64,000 bases of DNA. It comes from Clostridia bacterium. GTDB taxonomy: Bacteria > Bacillota > Clostridia > TANB77 > CAG-465. Within the stretch, counting starts at the first letter, position 1, and the number at the start of each line of letters is the position of its first letter. The translations under genes were made by a program, and so were the position numbers. The DNA lies in the NCBI GenBank assembly GCA_029256705.1, contig JAQSXK010000007.1:4606-68605 (forward strand), read 5' to 3'. Positions 19,323-26,983 of the stretch are shown piece by piece. Under the pieces are notes generated by a model. It saw only the letters and a list, made by a program, of their open reading frames with translations, searched no databases and was not told the origin of the DNA.

Positions 19323-19348
19323 TAGTAATATCAGTAGTTATATAGATT

Positions 19349-19379
19349 TTTGCATATTATATGTATATTACGTAGAGAG
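19349..19379. repeat. GTATATTA quasi-palindromic motif TTTGCATATTATATGTATATTACGTAGAGAG
   Basis: Conserved at 6 junctions. Confidence 0.55.
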
Positions 19380-19479
19380 TTTTATAGAGTTAGAGTAATC
19401 ATATTTTTTATATATTAAATAGAAAATGTAAAAAACTATTTACATTAAATTCATTTTATGGTATTATAAAAATGTATAC

Positions 19480-19508
19480 TTCAAATTTATTTAATATTAT
19501 GATATAAT
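19480..19508 (+). promoter_or_regulatory. sigma-A promoter TTCAAA-17-TATAAT plus the conserved leader AATTAAACAAATGATAATTTGTATAGGAGG
   Basis: Spacing is 17 bp; the leader/RBS is shared with cassettes 4-6. Confidence 0.55.
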
Positions 19509-19549
19509 CAATTAAACAAATGATAATTTGTATAGGAGGTAATCGAAAT

Positions 19550-20011
19550 ATGGCAAAGGCAGAATGGTATGATGGAAAAGAAGGAAAGGCTGAACATTTA
19601 GTATATCTAAATAGTAAGGCAAAAGAATTAGAAAAATTAGAATGTAAAGAAAAAACAATGATTATTAGAGGTGCAGCAGGCAAAAAATGTCCTTTAGGTG
19701 GTCGTGCTAAATTAAATGATAATATATATTTTGTGGAAACTGGTGGAGATATGACAGTTACTCATAAAGGTATTATTTCAAATATAATAGAAAGTGAAAA
19801 AATGACTCCAGAGGAATCTGTTAATTTCATAAAAAAATATGAAAAACAGTTAAATCTATCAAAAGATCAATATGATAGATGGGCAGGTAAAAAGTTTCTT
19901 GCCGTTTATGAAATATCTAATTTAGAAAAGATTATTCCTTTTAAATATAACAGAGAGAACAATATGGATGATTGGATTATTACAGATGATATTAACAAAA
20001 TAAAAATATAA
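19550..20011 (+). CDS. hypothetical protein (cassette 3 cargo)
   Basis: 153 aa starting 'MAKAEWYDGKEGK...'; AGGAGG RBS. Confidence 0.5.
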   Translation: MAKAEWYDGKEGKAEHLVYLNSKAKELEKLECKEKTMIIRGAAGKKCPLGGRAKLNDNIYFVETGGDMTVTHKGIISNIIESEKMTPEESVNFIKKYEKQLNLSKDQYDRWAGKKFLAVYEISNLEKIIPFKYNRENNMDDWIITDDINKIKI

Positions 20012-20065
20012 TAAATTACAATTTATGAGTTAATAAAAAATATATATAAAATCAAACTATCAAAT

Positions 20066-20102
20066 ATAAAAAAGCCCCAAACCATTGCGGTTGAGGCTTT
20101 TG
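20066..20102. terminator. cassette terminator hairpin
   Basis: AAAAAAGCCCCAAACC-attgc-GGTTGAGGCTTTTG. Confidence 0.6.
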
Positions 20103-20116
20103 TTGTATGTTTTTGC

Positions 20117-20140
20117 TTATCTCTTTGGTAATTGCAAATA
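20117..20140. repeat. rpsI 3'-end core copy TTATCTCTTTGGTAATTGCAAATA
   Basis: 11/12 match to the core; the flanking TTGC also matches the rpsI context. Confidence 0.55.
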
Positions 20141-20165
20141 TATTATTATCAATGTTTATTGGCAT

Positions 20166-20198
20166 CTTTGTATATTATACGTATATTACGTAGAAAAT
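20166..20198. repeat. GTATATTA motif CTTTGTATATTATACGTATATTACGTAGAAAAT
   Basis: Tandem GTATATTA x2. Confidence 0.55.
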
Positions 20199-20244
20199 TT
20201 TATGGGACTTTGCAGATACCTCTTTTTCATAATAAAGTGTATAC

Positions 20245-20273
20245 TTGAAATTTATATGAAATTATGATATACT
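20245..20273 (+). promoter_or_regulatory. sigma-A promoter TTGAAA-17-TATACT of cassette 4
   Basis: TTGAAAtttatatgaaattatgaTATACT. Confidence 0.55.
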
Positions 20274-20309
20274 TAGTTAATTAAATGGTAATTCATGGAG
20301 GGAAAGTAA

Positions 20310-20786
20310 ATGTTTAAAATGAAATATATTATTTTAGGAATAGTAATTGTTATAATTGGAATATTTATTTGTGTATTTCTTTATGATAAAAAAGGTCTAA
20401 TTTTAGAAAATGAATCTAAATTGATTTACGAAATAAGTGAATGTCCAAACTCTAAGGTTGTTGCAAACGAAAATGAAAAAGTATATTATTATATTAAAAT
20501 TTATCAAGAAAAGGATAATACAATTATAGTAAAGGCAACATCTAATTCAGAATTAATGAAAGGCTTGCAATATACAATTAAATATGATAAAGTAATTACA
20601 CAAGATAATATAGAAATAAAATGGTTAACTTTAATGGGACAAAATAATGCAAGTGAGAATAATCAGGCAGCAATCGCAGATATAATTATATCAGATAATA
20701 AAGAAGTAGTTAGCGAAAGAAAGATAAATTTTGTATCAAAAATTATAGAGATAATAGTTGATAGAATTAATAAAAATAGCAAGTAA
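20310..20786 (+). CDS. membrane-anchored hypothetical protein (cassette 4 cargo)
   Basis: 158 aa with an N-terminal TM; GGAGGG RBS. Confidence 0.5.
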   Translation: MFKMKYIILGIVIVIIGIFICVFLYDKKGLILENESKLIYEISECPNSKVVANENEKVYYYIKIYQEKDNTIIVKATSNSELMKGLQYTIKYDKVITQDNIEIKWLTLMGQNNASENNQAAIADIIISDNKEVVSERKINFVSKIIEIIVDRINKNSK

Positions 20787-20815
20787 ACTATAATTTATGA
20801 GTTAGTCAATAATAT

Positions 20816-20850
20816 AAAAAGCACTAAATATAATATTTGGTGCTTTTAAG
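20816..20850. terminator. cassette terminator hairpin 1
   Basis: AAAAGCACTAAATAT-aat-ATTTGGTGCTTTT. Confidence 0.5.
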
Positions 20851-20890
20851 ATATGTTGATGTTATTAATAAGTATGAAGAAACATATAAT

Positions 20891-20927
20891 AAAAAACCCG
20901 AAAATCGTTGTGATTTCTGGGTTTTTA
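20891..20927. terminator. cassette terminator hairpin 2
   Basis: AAAAAACCCGAAAATC...GATTTCTGGGTTTTT. Confidence 0.5.
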
Positions 20928-20938
20928 AGCTTTTCTTC

Positions 20939-20962
20939 TCTATCTCTTTGATAGTTACAAAT
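20939..20962. repeat. rpsI 3'-end core copy TCTATCTCTTTGATAGTTACAAAT
   Basis: 11/12 match to the core. Confidence 0.55.
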
Positions 20963-20988
20963 CCATTATTATCAGTAAATGTATAGAT

Positions 20989-21027
20989 TTTTGTATATTA
21001 TGTGCATATTGTGTAGAGAGCTTTATA
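20989..21027. repeat. GTATATTA motif TTTGTATATTATGTGCATATTGTGTAGAGAGCTTTATAG
   Basis: Conserved junction motif. Confidence 0.5.
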
Positions 21028-21098
21028 GCTTCTAAAAAATTAATAAATATAATTATTTACTTTAGATTATGTTTATTTATTATTTAGTAAAATTAGCT

Positions 21099-21126
21099 TT
21101 GAAAATCAGTTTGAACATGATATAAT
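21099..21126 (+). promoter_or_regulatory. sigma-A promoter TTGAAA-16-TATAAT of cassette 5
   Basis: TTGAAAatcagtttgaacatgaTATAAT; followed by the leader TAGTAATTTGTGAGTAGAGGAAAG. Confidence 0.45.
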
Positions 21127-21185
21127 TATACTGATTAAACAAATTTAATAAATAGTAATTTGTGAGTAGAGGAAAGTGAAATTAT

Positions 21186-21734
21186 ATGATGCGATATGTA
21201 GCTTTATTAAGGGGAATAAATATTAGTGGTAAAAATAAAATAGCGATGTTAGAATTAAAAAAAGAATTTGAAAAATTAGATTTTTTTGAAGTTCTTACTT
21301 ATATCAATAGTGGAAATATTATTTTTTCTAGTAATATAGAGGATACAGACATTATAGAAAATAATATTAAATTAATGATACAAAATAAATTTAATTTAAA
21401 TATTCCTGTATTTATAATAACAATAGAAAAATTAGCAATGATATTAAAAAATGCACCAGATTGGTGGGGAAATGATAACAAAGAAATATATGACAATATT
21501 ATTTTTATAATTCCGCCTACAACATATGAAGAAGTATTCTTAGAAATTGGCGAGGCTAAACAAGAGTATGAAAAAATAAGTAACTATAAAAATGTAATTT
21601 ATTGGTCTTTTGACTTGAAATCTTATTCTAAAACAAATTGGATTAAGACAGCAAATTCAAAAATAAATAATAAAGTTACAATAAGAACAGCAAATACTAT
21701 GAAAAAATTATTTGAACTTAGTAAAACAGTGTAA
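21186..21734 (+). CDS. DUF1697 family protein
   Basis: The N-terminus 'MMRYVALLRGINISGKNKIAMLELK' is the hallmark DUF1697 signature (RGINVGG). Confidence 0.7.
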   Translation: MMRYVALLRGINISGKNKIAMLELKKEFEKLDFFEVLTYINSGNIIFSSNIEDTDIIENNIKLMIQNKFNLNIPVFIITIEKLAMILKNAPDWWGNDNKEIYDNIIFIIPPTTYEEVFLEIGEAKQEYEKISNYKNVIYWSFDLKSYSKTNWIKTANSKINNKVTIRTANTMKKLFELSKTV

Positions 21735-21792
21735 AAGACAAATTAAAATTTAATTGATTAGTTATAAAAATAGTAATTTGTGGAGGTGTAAG

Positions 21793-22140
21793 ATGTTTAA
21801 TGAAATATGTATATACGAAGTAAAATTAAATAAACAAGATGAAGTTGAAGAACTTATGAGAGAAGTTGCTGATTTTTATAAATTCCAACCGGGTGTTATT
21901 GAAGTTAAGTATATAAAAAGAACTCATAGGCAAAAAGACTTTAATACAGTTAAAGAAGGTCAAGTACCGGTTGAATTAACTAGATATGTAGATAAAGTTA
22001 CTTATGTGTTATATTGGGTATTAGAAAGTAAAGAAGCACACGCAGCAATATATCCAATTGCTCTAGAAAAGTTTTATAAAAGATGGACTAGATGTTTAAC
22101 TACAATGCCTAGAATTATATTAGGCGAAAATATTGTTTAA
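21793..22140 (+). CDS. hypothetical protein (possibly ABM/Dabb-like small alpha+beta protein)
   Basis: 115 aa; the GGAGGTG RBS and leader resemble the cassette leader. Confidence 0.4.
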   Translation: MFNEICIYEVKLNKQDEVEELMREVADFYKFQPGVIEVKYIKRTHRQKDFNTVKEGQVPVELTRYVDKVTYVLYWVLESKEAHAAIYPIALEKFYKRWTRCLTTMPRIILGENIV

Positions 22141-22157
22141 GAAAGGAAGTCAGAGTT

Positions 22158-22481
22158 ATGCATGAAATATTATTAACATTATTAATAGGATTTATTGTAG
22201 GAATTATAGATATAGCACCAATGATTAAAATGAAACTTGATAGATACGCTTTATCATCTGCATTTACTTTTTATTTTATTATGCCTTTTATTATTTATAA
22301 TTTAGATTTTTTAAATACTTTATGGTGGTTAAAAGGGGAACTTATAACCCTCATATTATCTATTCCTACAACAATTCTTATAGCAAAAACAGATAAGAAA
22401 GGTTGTATCCCAGTTGTTATTATGTCTATTGTACTTGGAACTATAATAGGTATAGCTGGACATTTATTAGGGATTATGTAA
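22158..22481 (+). CDS. hypothetical membrane protein
   Basis: 107 aa with four hydrophobic segments. Confidence 0.5.
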   Translation: MHEILLTLLIGFIVGIIDIAPMIKMKLDRYALSSAFTFYFIMPFIIYNLDFLNTLWWLKGELITLILSIPTTILIAKTDKKGCIPVVIMSIVLGTIIGIAGHLLGIM

Positions 22482-22517
22482 AAGATAAATTACAATTTAT
22501 AAGTTAATTAATAATAT

Positions 22518-22551
22518 AAAAAAGCTCCAAACCATTGAGTTTGGGGCTTTT
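22518..22551. terminator. cassette terminator hairpin
   Basis: AAAAAAGCTCCAAAC-cattgag-TTTGGGGCTTTT. Confidence 0.6.
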
Positions 22552-22562
22552 GAACATCTTTT

Positions 22563-22593
22563 TGCTTATCTCTTTGAAAATTGTAAATAAAGT
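22563..22593. repeat. rpsI 3'-end copy TTGCTTATCTCTTTGAAAATTGTAAATAAAG (22/23 identity to 24158-24180)
   Basis: TTATCTCTTTGAAAATTGT is identical to the rpsI terminal 19-mer. Confidence 0.7.
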
Positions 22594-22616
22594 ATTATCA
22601 GTGTTTACTATTATAT

Positions 22617-22645
22617 TTGTATATTATATGTATATTACGTATAGT
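22617..22645. repeat. GTATATTA motif TTTGTATATTATATGTATATTACGTATAG
   Basis: Conserved junction motif. Confidence 0.55.
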
Positions 22646-22689
22646 AATTTAGAAAATTTTTAAAGTAGTTCTTGTTAAAAAATGTATAC

Positions 22690-22718
22690 TTGAGATTTAT
22701 ATCATATTGTGATATACT
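22690..22718 (+). promoter_or_regulatory. sigma-A promoter TTGAGA-17-TATACT of cassette 6
   Basis: Followed by the leader AATTAAACATATAGTGATTTGTAAAGGAGAG. Confidence 0.5.
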
Positions 22719-22765
22719 TAATTAAACATATAGTGATTTGTAAAGGAGAGATTGTTTTGGATAGA

Positions 22766-23320
22766 ATGAGATTTGAATTATATTGGAGTTATTATTTGTC
22801 AATTGAAAAAATGTTAAGTAATACAAGTCAATATGTATCACCTTCAAGTGAAAATAAAAAAACATATTCTGACGAATTTACAAAAATAATATTATTATCA
22901 TGTTCAGAAATAGACTCTATATTAAAATTAATTTGCAAATGTAAAGGAATAGAATATGATCAAAGAAAATATAATATGAATATTTATTCCGAAGTTTTAT
23001 TGCAATTTAAAGATATTAAAAAAATTTCTTACGCTTCAAATTCAAATACCTCGATGAATGAAAATAGTCTAAGTGTTACTCCATTTGAAAAATTAAATAG
23101 CAATACAAAATACGGGGGATTAAGTTGGTGGGAAGATTATCAATCGCTAAAACATAATAGATTAGATAATGCAGAAAAAGGAAACCTATTCAATGCGGTA
23201 TCTTCAATTTCAGCACATTACATTTTATTAAGATTTTTAATAGAATTTTTAGATGAGTATGCTGGAAAAAGCTATGTAATAGATCATAATCTTTCTGAAT
23301 ATTTAATACCATGTGTATAA
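22766..23320 (+). CDS. hypothetical protein (upstream partner of the HEPN-like gene)
   Basis: About 185 aa; AAAGGAGAG RBS. The start is the ATG at 22766 or the TTG at 22757. Confidence 0.45.
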   Translation: MRFELYWSYYLSIEKMLSNTSQYVSPSSENKKTYSDEFTKIILLSCSEIDSILKLICKCKGIEYDQRKYNMNIYSEVLLQFKDIKKISYASNSNTSMNENSLSVTPFEKLNSNTKYGGLSWWEDYQSLKHNRLDNAEKGNLFNAVSSISAHYILLRFLIEFLDEYAGKSYVIDHNLSEYLIPCV

Positions 23321-23382
23321 TGATAATATAATACTGGTTACAATTCTTAGGATATATAAACATATTAGGAGGGAGATATTTA

Positions 23383-23916
23383 ATGGATACAGTATTAGAG
23401 TATATGATTAATAAAGAATGGGAAAAGGATTATAAAGCCAAAAGAAAAATTTATTTAATAAATTTAGCTGAAAAAAGTAAAAGAGAAAAAGATATATCAA
23501 ATAAAATAGGAAGTATGTTAATATATAATCAAGTTATTGAACAAATATTAAAAGAGGTAATTATATGTAGTGTAGGTTATATAAAAGCAGAAATATGGCC
23601 AAGTTCTATACAGTTAGATATAAATTTAGATAGGGCAACTTTTGGTGTGTTGATAGAATATTTTAAACAATATGCTGTAAAAGAATACAATAGAGATATA
23701 ATATTAGAATATTTACAAAAATTAAATATAGAAAGAAATAAAGTTGTACACAAACTTTTTGATATTGAGGATATAAGAAAATTAAGTAAACAACTAAATG
23801 AATATGGTGATTTAGCATATGAATTAATAATACTTTTAAACGAATATTATGATCAAATTTGCTGGCGATTATATGACCTAAATGATAGAGTTGATTTCGA
23901 GTCTTTAAGTGAATAA
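23383..23916 (+). CDS. HEPN-like protein (Rx4H motif 'RNKVVH')
   Basis: 177 aa, all-alpha character, with 'ERNKVVHKLF' matching the HEPN Rx4-6H motif; AGGAGGGAG RBS. Confidence 0.45.
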   Translation: MDTVLEYMINKEWEKDYKAKRKIYLINLAEKSKREKDISNKIGSMLIYNQVIEQILKEVIICSVGYIKAEIWPSSIQLDINLDRATFGVLIEYFKQYAVKEYNRDIILEYLQKLNIERNKVVHKLFDIEDIRKLSKQLNEYGDLAYELIILLNEYYDQICWRLYDLNDRVDFESLSE

Positions 23917-23970
23917 AAGGAATTAAACATGGCAGTGGATATATGAAATAAATAACTATAATTATAAGTG

Positions 23971-24013
23971 TATTTGTATATTGCTTGTATATTATGTGTA
24001 TATTGTATAAAAA
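23971..24013. repeat. GTATATTA motif (three tandem GTATATT units) immediately left of the rpsI terminator
   Basis: TATTTGTATATTGCTTGTATATTATGTGTATATTGTATAAAAAC. Confidence 0.5.
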
Positions 24014-24107
24014 CTTTAGTAATATTATAATTGATTAAATGTACTTAAATTAACATTTATGATTAAATTGAAATTATATGAATAGCTATAAGTAATATAT
24101 AATAAAA

Positions 24108-24147
24108 AACCTTAAAAGTATTGATACTTCTAAGGTTTTTAATGCTT
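24108..24147 (-). terminator. rpsI rho-independent terminator
   Basis: AAAACCTTAGAAGTATCAATACTTTTAAGGTTTTTT read on the minus strand. Confidence 0.7.
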
Positions 24148-24162
24148 CTTGAAAAAGTTTGA

Positions 24163-24555
24163 TTATCTCTTTGAAAATTGTGGTGCTTTTCTTGCTTTCT
24201 TAAGACCATATTTTCTTCTTTCTTTAACTCTTGAATCTCTAGTTAGTAAACCATTTCTTTTTAGAACTGTACGAGTATCTAAGTCAGTTGTTGAAAGTGC
24301 TTTTGCAATACCATGAGCAATAGCTCCTGCTTGACCTGCAAATCCACCACCATGAACTGTAGCCTCAACATCATATTTTTCCATTAAGTTTGCTACGTTA
24401 AAAGGTTTTAATATTATTGCTTTTAATGTATCTAGGTTAAATACTTCGTTAATGTCTTTTTTATTTATAGTTATTTTACCTGTACCTGGTATTATGTTTA
24501 CTCTTGCAATAGATGATTTTCTTTTACCTGTTGCATAAATATATTCTTTTGCCAT
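24163..24555 (-). CDS. rpsI: 30S ribosomal protein S9
   Basis: 'ATGKRKSSIARV...GGGFAGQAGAIAHGIAKAL...RDSRVKERRKYGLKKARKAPQFSKR' is near-identical to the S9 consensus. Confidence 0.95.
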   Translation of the reverse strand: MAKEYIYATGKRKSSIARVNIIPGTGKITINKKDINEVFNLDTLKAIILKPFNVANLMEKYDVEATVHGGGFAGQAGAIAHGIAKALSTTDLDTRTVLKRNGLLTRDSRVKERRKYGLKKARKAPQFSKR

Positions 24556-24567
24556 TTCCAATGCCTC

Positions 24568-25002
24568 CTAATAATTCCATATTTCAGGTTTTTGAGCTGA
24601 TTGTGTATGCTCTCCACCTTTATATATTTTTAATTTTGTTAACATAGCTCTACCTAAGCTATTTTTAGGTAACATTCCTTTTACAGCAAGCATAAGTGCT
24701 TTATCTGAACATTTATCCATCATTACAGTGTAAGGAGTTTCTTTCATTCCACCAATGTAACCAGAATGTTGTCTGTATACTTTTTGATTTAGCTTATTAC
24801 CAGTTAAGATAATTTTATCGCTATTTAAAACTATTACATAGTCACCACAATCTAAATGTGTAGAATATGTAGGTTTATGTTTTCCTTTTATTAGTTTTGC
24901 TACTTCTGTTGCAACTCTGCCTAATGGCTTATCTGCAGCATCTATAACATACCATTTTTTTTCAATTTCGTTTAGCTTAACGCTATGTGTAGTATTGTTC
25001 AT
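24568..25002 (-). CDS. rplM: 50S ribosomal protein L13
   Basis: 'WYVIDAADKPLGRVATEVAKLIKGKHKPTY' is canonical L13; a GGAGG RBS precedes an ATG at 25002. Confidence 0.95.
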   Translation of the reverse strand: MNNTTHSVKLNEIEKKWYVIDAADKPLGRVATEVAKLIKGKHKPTYSTHLDCGDYVIVLNSDKIILTGNKLNQKVYRQHSGYIGGMKETPYTVMMDKCSDKALMLAVKGMLPKNSLGRAMLTKLKIYKGGEHTQSAQKPEIWNY

Positions 25003-25264
25003 AAAATCCTCCAAAAATATTAAAATAATATAACTAATGTAATCTTCCGGGACCAATTACTTAATTATTTTTCACGTTTAATATTATACAATTAAAAAGG
25101 TGTAAAGTCAAGAAAATGTGTGCATTTTACATAAAAAAACTGTAAAAATAATTTGTAGTGTAAAAAAAAGGATAAAAACAATCAATTTTTAGTATTAATA
25201 TTGTAAAAAAAATAAATAAATGATATAATGTTTTCAAATCAAATTATAAACTAGGAGGTTTGGA

Positions 25265-26923
25265 ATGCAGAGTTTTGAAGGGCTAATTGACATGGAAACT
25301 ATAAATATAAAAGCCGGTATTGAAGATGCAAAAGCAGAGACACAAATAAATAATATAATATCTAGCTTATATTCAACAAATGACTCACATGCTTTAACTG
25401 AGATATATTCAAATATATTATGTGATGATAATGTAGTATATATTTTAAATAGAATATCTAAAGAACAATGTTTCCTAAAACATTTTCCGGAAATTTACGT
25501 AAAAAATAAATATGGTGAAAATGTTATCAATTGTACTCAAAATAGTACATATCATAGATATGGAGTTTTTAAACATATATTGGTTACAATAGAGGAAGTT
25601 GGAAAATATAACAAAACAATAGGGGATTCCCAAAGAAAAATTTTAAACTGGACAATGTTATTACATGATATAGGTAAGCCTTATGTTAAAGTTGTAACAG
25701 ATAAAAACACTGAAAGTTTTGCAGGTCATGATGAAATGTCTGTAGAGCTTGCGGAGGTTATTTTAAATAGATTTTATTTTACTGAAGAAGAGAAACACCT
25801 TATTTTAACGCTTATCAAATATCATGATAAATTTTTAAATGAAGGTGAAATAACATATGATAATTTAAAGACATTAGCAGAAGAATTAGGCAATAAAAAA
25901 GAATTATTTTATATGTTAATAGATGTTAAAGATGCTGATGCTGCTGCAAAAAGCATTGAAGTATATAACAAATACAAACTAACTAAATCTAAATATTTAG
26001 ATTTTGCAAATACATATTTTGAGAATGTTATAGTAAATTCTAGAACTCAATCTAATATTGTAACAAATTCTTCAGATATAATCTCGCATGTTAATATGGC
26101 TACTTCAGGTAAAATTGAAGATGTATTACAAGAAATGAGAATGAGTGAAGTATCTACAATGGAATATGATAAACTTATAGAAGAAGTACTGGATAAAAAG
26201 AGAATGTGTCCGTTATATCAACCTATAGTAGATATTGTTACAAGAAGTGTATTTGGATATGAAATTTTAACAAAAATTGAATATTCAAAAAGAATAGATA
26301 CAGAATTATTTTTAAAATATGCTGAAGATACTAAAAGATATGATAAACTTCAACAGGTATTATTTACTAATTGTATAGATAGTTTTATAGATATACGTAC
26401 TAAAGAGTCTAAAAAGGCTTTCGTAAACGTGAATTTATCTAGTTATGAAAAATATGTGAATAAACCTAGAATATATGACGCAATGAGTAAAGTTCATTTA
26501 GTATTAGAATTACATGGTTACGAAAAATATGACTTAACATCATTACAACAATTTATAACTACTGTTCATAATAATAACGGAAAAGTATTACTTGATCATT
26601 TTGGAATAGGTATATTAAGTATCGATGATATGAAACTTTTAACTCCAGATTATATCAAATTGGATAGAAGTTTAGTTATAGATTTATTAGAAAATGTTAA
26701 TAAACAAAAATATATTATGGAACTTCAAACATTATGTGTAGCCAAAAGTATAGATTTAATTGCAGTTGGTGTAGAAACAAAAGAAATATATTCAAAATTA
26801 AAAAGTTTAGGCATAAGACATATGCAAGGATATTTCTTAGCTTATCCAGCATATTCAATTGATGTATTAAATGATATACTTCCAAGTATATTAAACGATA
26901 TATCAGAAGATAGCATTGTATAG
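25265..26923 (+). CDS. HD-domain + EAL-like domain protein (possible c-di-GMP phosphodiesterase; EAL motif reads EIL)
   Basis: The N-terminal half has an HD signature 'LLHDIGKP...GHDE'. The C-terminal half has EAL-domain motifs 'QPIVD', 'GYEILTKI', 'DHFGIG', 'KLDRSL'. Confidence 0.6.
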   Translation: MQSFEGLIDMETINIKAGIEDAKAETQINNIISSLYSTNDSHALTEIYSNILCDDNVVYILNRISKEQCFLKHFPEIYVKNKYGENVINCTQNSTYHRYGVFKHILVTIEEVGKYNKTIGDSQRKILNWTMLLHDIGKPYVKVVTDKNTESFAGHDEMSVELAEVILNRFYFTEEEKHLILTLIKYHDKFLNEGEITYDNLKTLAEELGNKKELFYMLIDVKDADAAAKSIEVYNKYKLTKSKYLDFANTYFENVIVNSRTQSNIVTNSSDIISHVNMATSGKIEDVLQEMRMSEVSTMEYDKLIEEVLDKKRMCPLYQPIVDIVTRSVFGYEILTKIEYSKRIDTELFLKYAEDTKRYDKLQQVLFTNCIDSFIDIRTKESKKAFVNVNLSSYEKYVNKPRIYDAMSKVHLVLELHGYEKYDLTSLQQFITTVHNNNGKVLLDHFGIGILSIDDMKLLTPDYIKLDRSLVIDLLENVNKQKYIMELQTLCVAKSIDLIAVGVETKEIYSKLKSLGIRHMQGYFLAYPAYSIDVLNDILPSILNDISEDSIV

Positions 26924-26935
26924 TCAAAACAAAAT

Positions 26936-26972
26936 AAAAAGCTCATCAAGTAAATTACTTGATGAGTTTTTT
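26936..26972. terminator. bidirectional rho-independent terminator
   Basis: AAAAAGCTCATCAAGTAAATTACTTGATGAGTTTTTT. Confidence 0.7.
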
Positions 26973-26983
26973 ATTACATGAAA

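Noticed and set aside
19349-19379. Direct identification of the GTATATTA palindrome as the chromosomal dif site.
   Set aside because: It has only loose resemblance to Firmicute dif, it occurs six times near the origin-proximal rpsI rather than at the terminus, and I cannot verify XerD-arm conservation. It is kept only as a hypothesis inside the finding above.
20085-20267. 60-aa ORF (20085-20267+) and other short ORFs inside cassette scaffolds (e.g. 19456-19683-, 16009-16400-).
   Set aside because: They fall on the conserved terminator/core/palindrome/promoter scaffold that is repeated in every cassette and have no RBS. They are non-coding regulatory DNA.
17250-24185. Could the repeated junction blocks be a CRISPR array or classical integron attC sites?
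   Set aside because: Repeat units are 0.8-1.6 kb apart with promoters and whole genes between them, and the repeats are not the 28-37 bp CRISPR type. No cas or intI gene exists. attC-like imperfect palindromes with R'/R'' boxes (GTTRRRY) are not evident.
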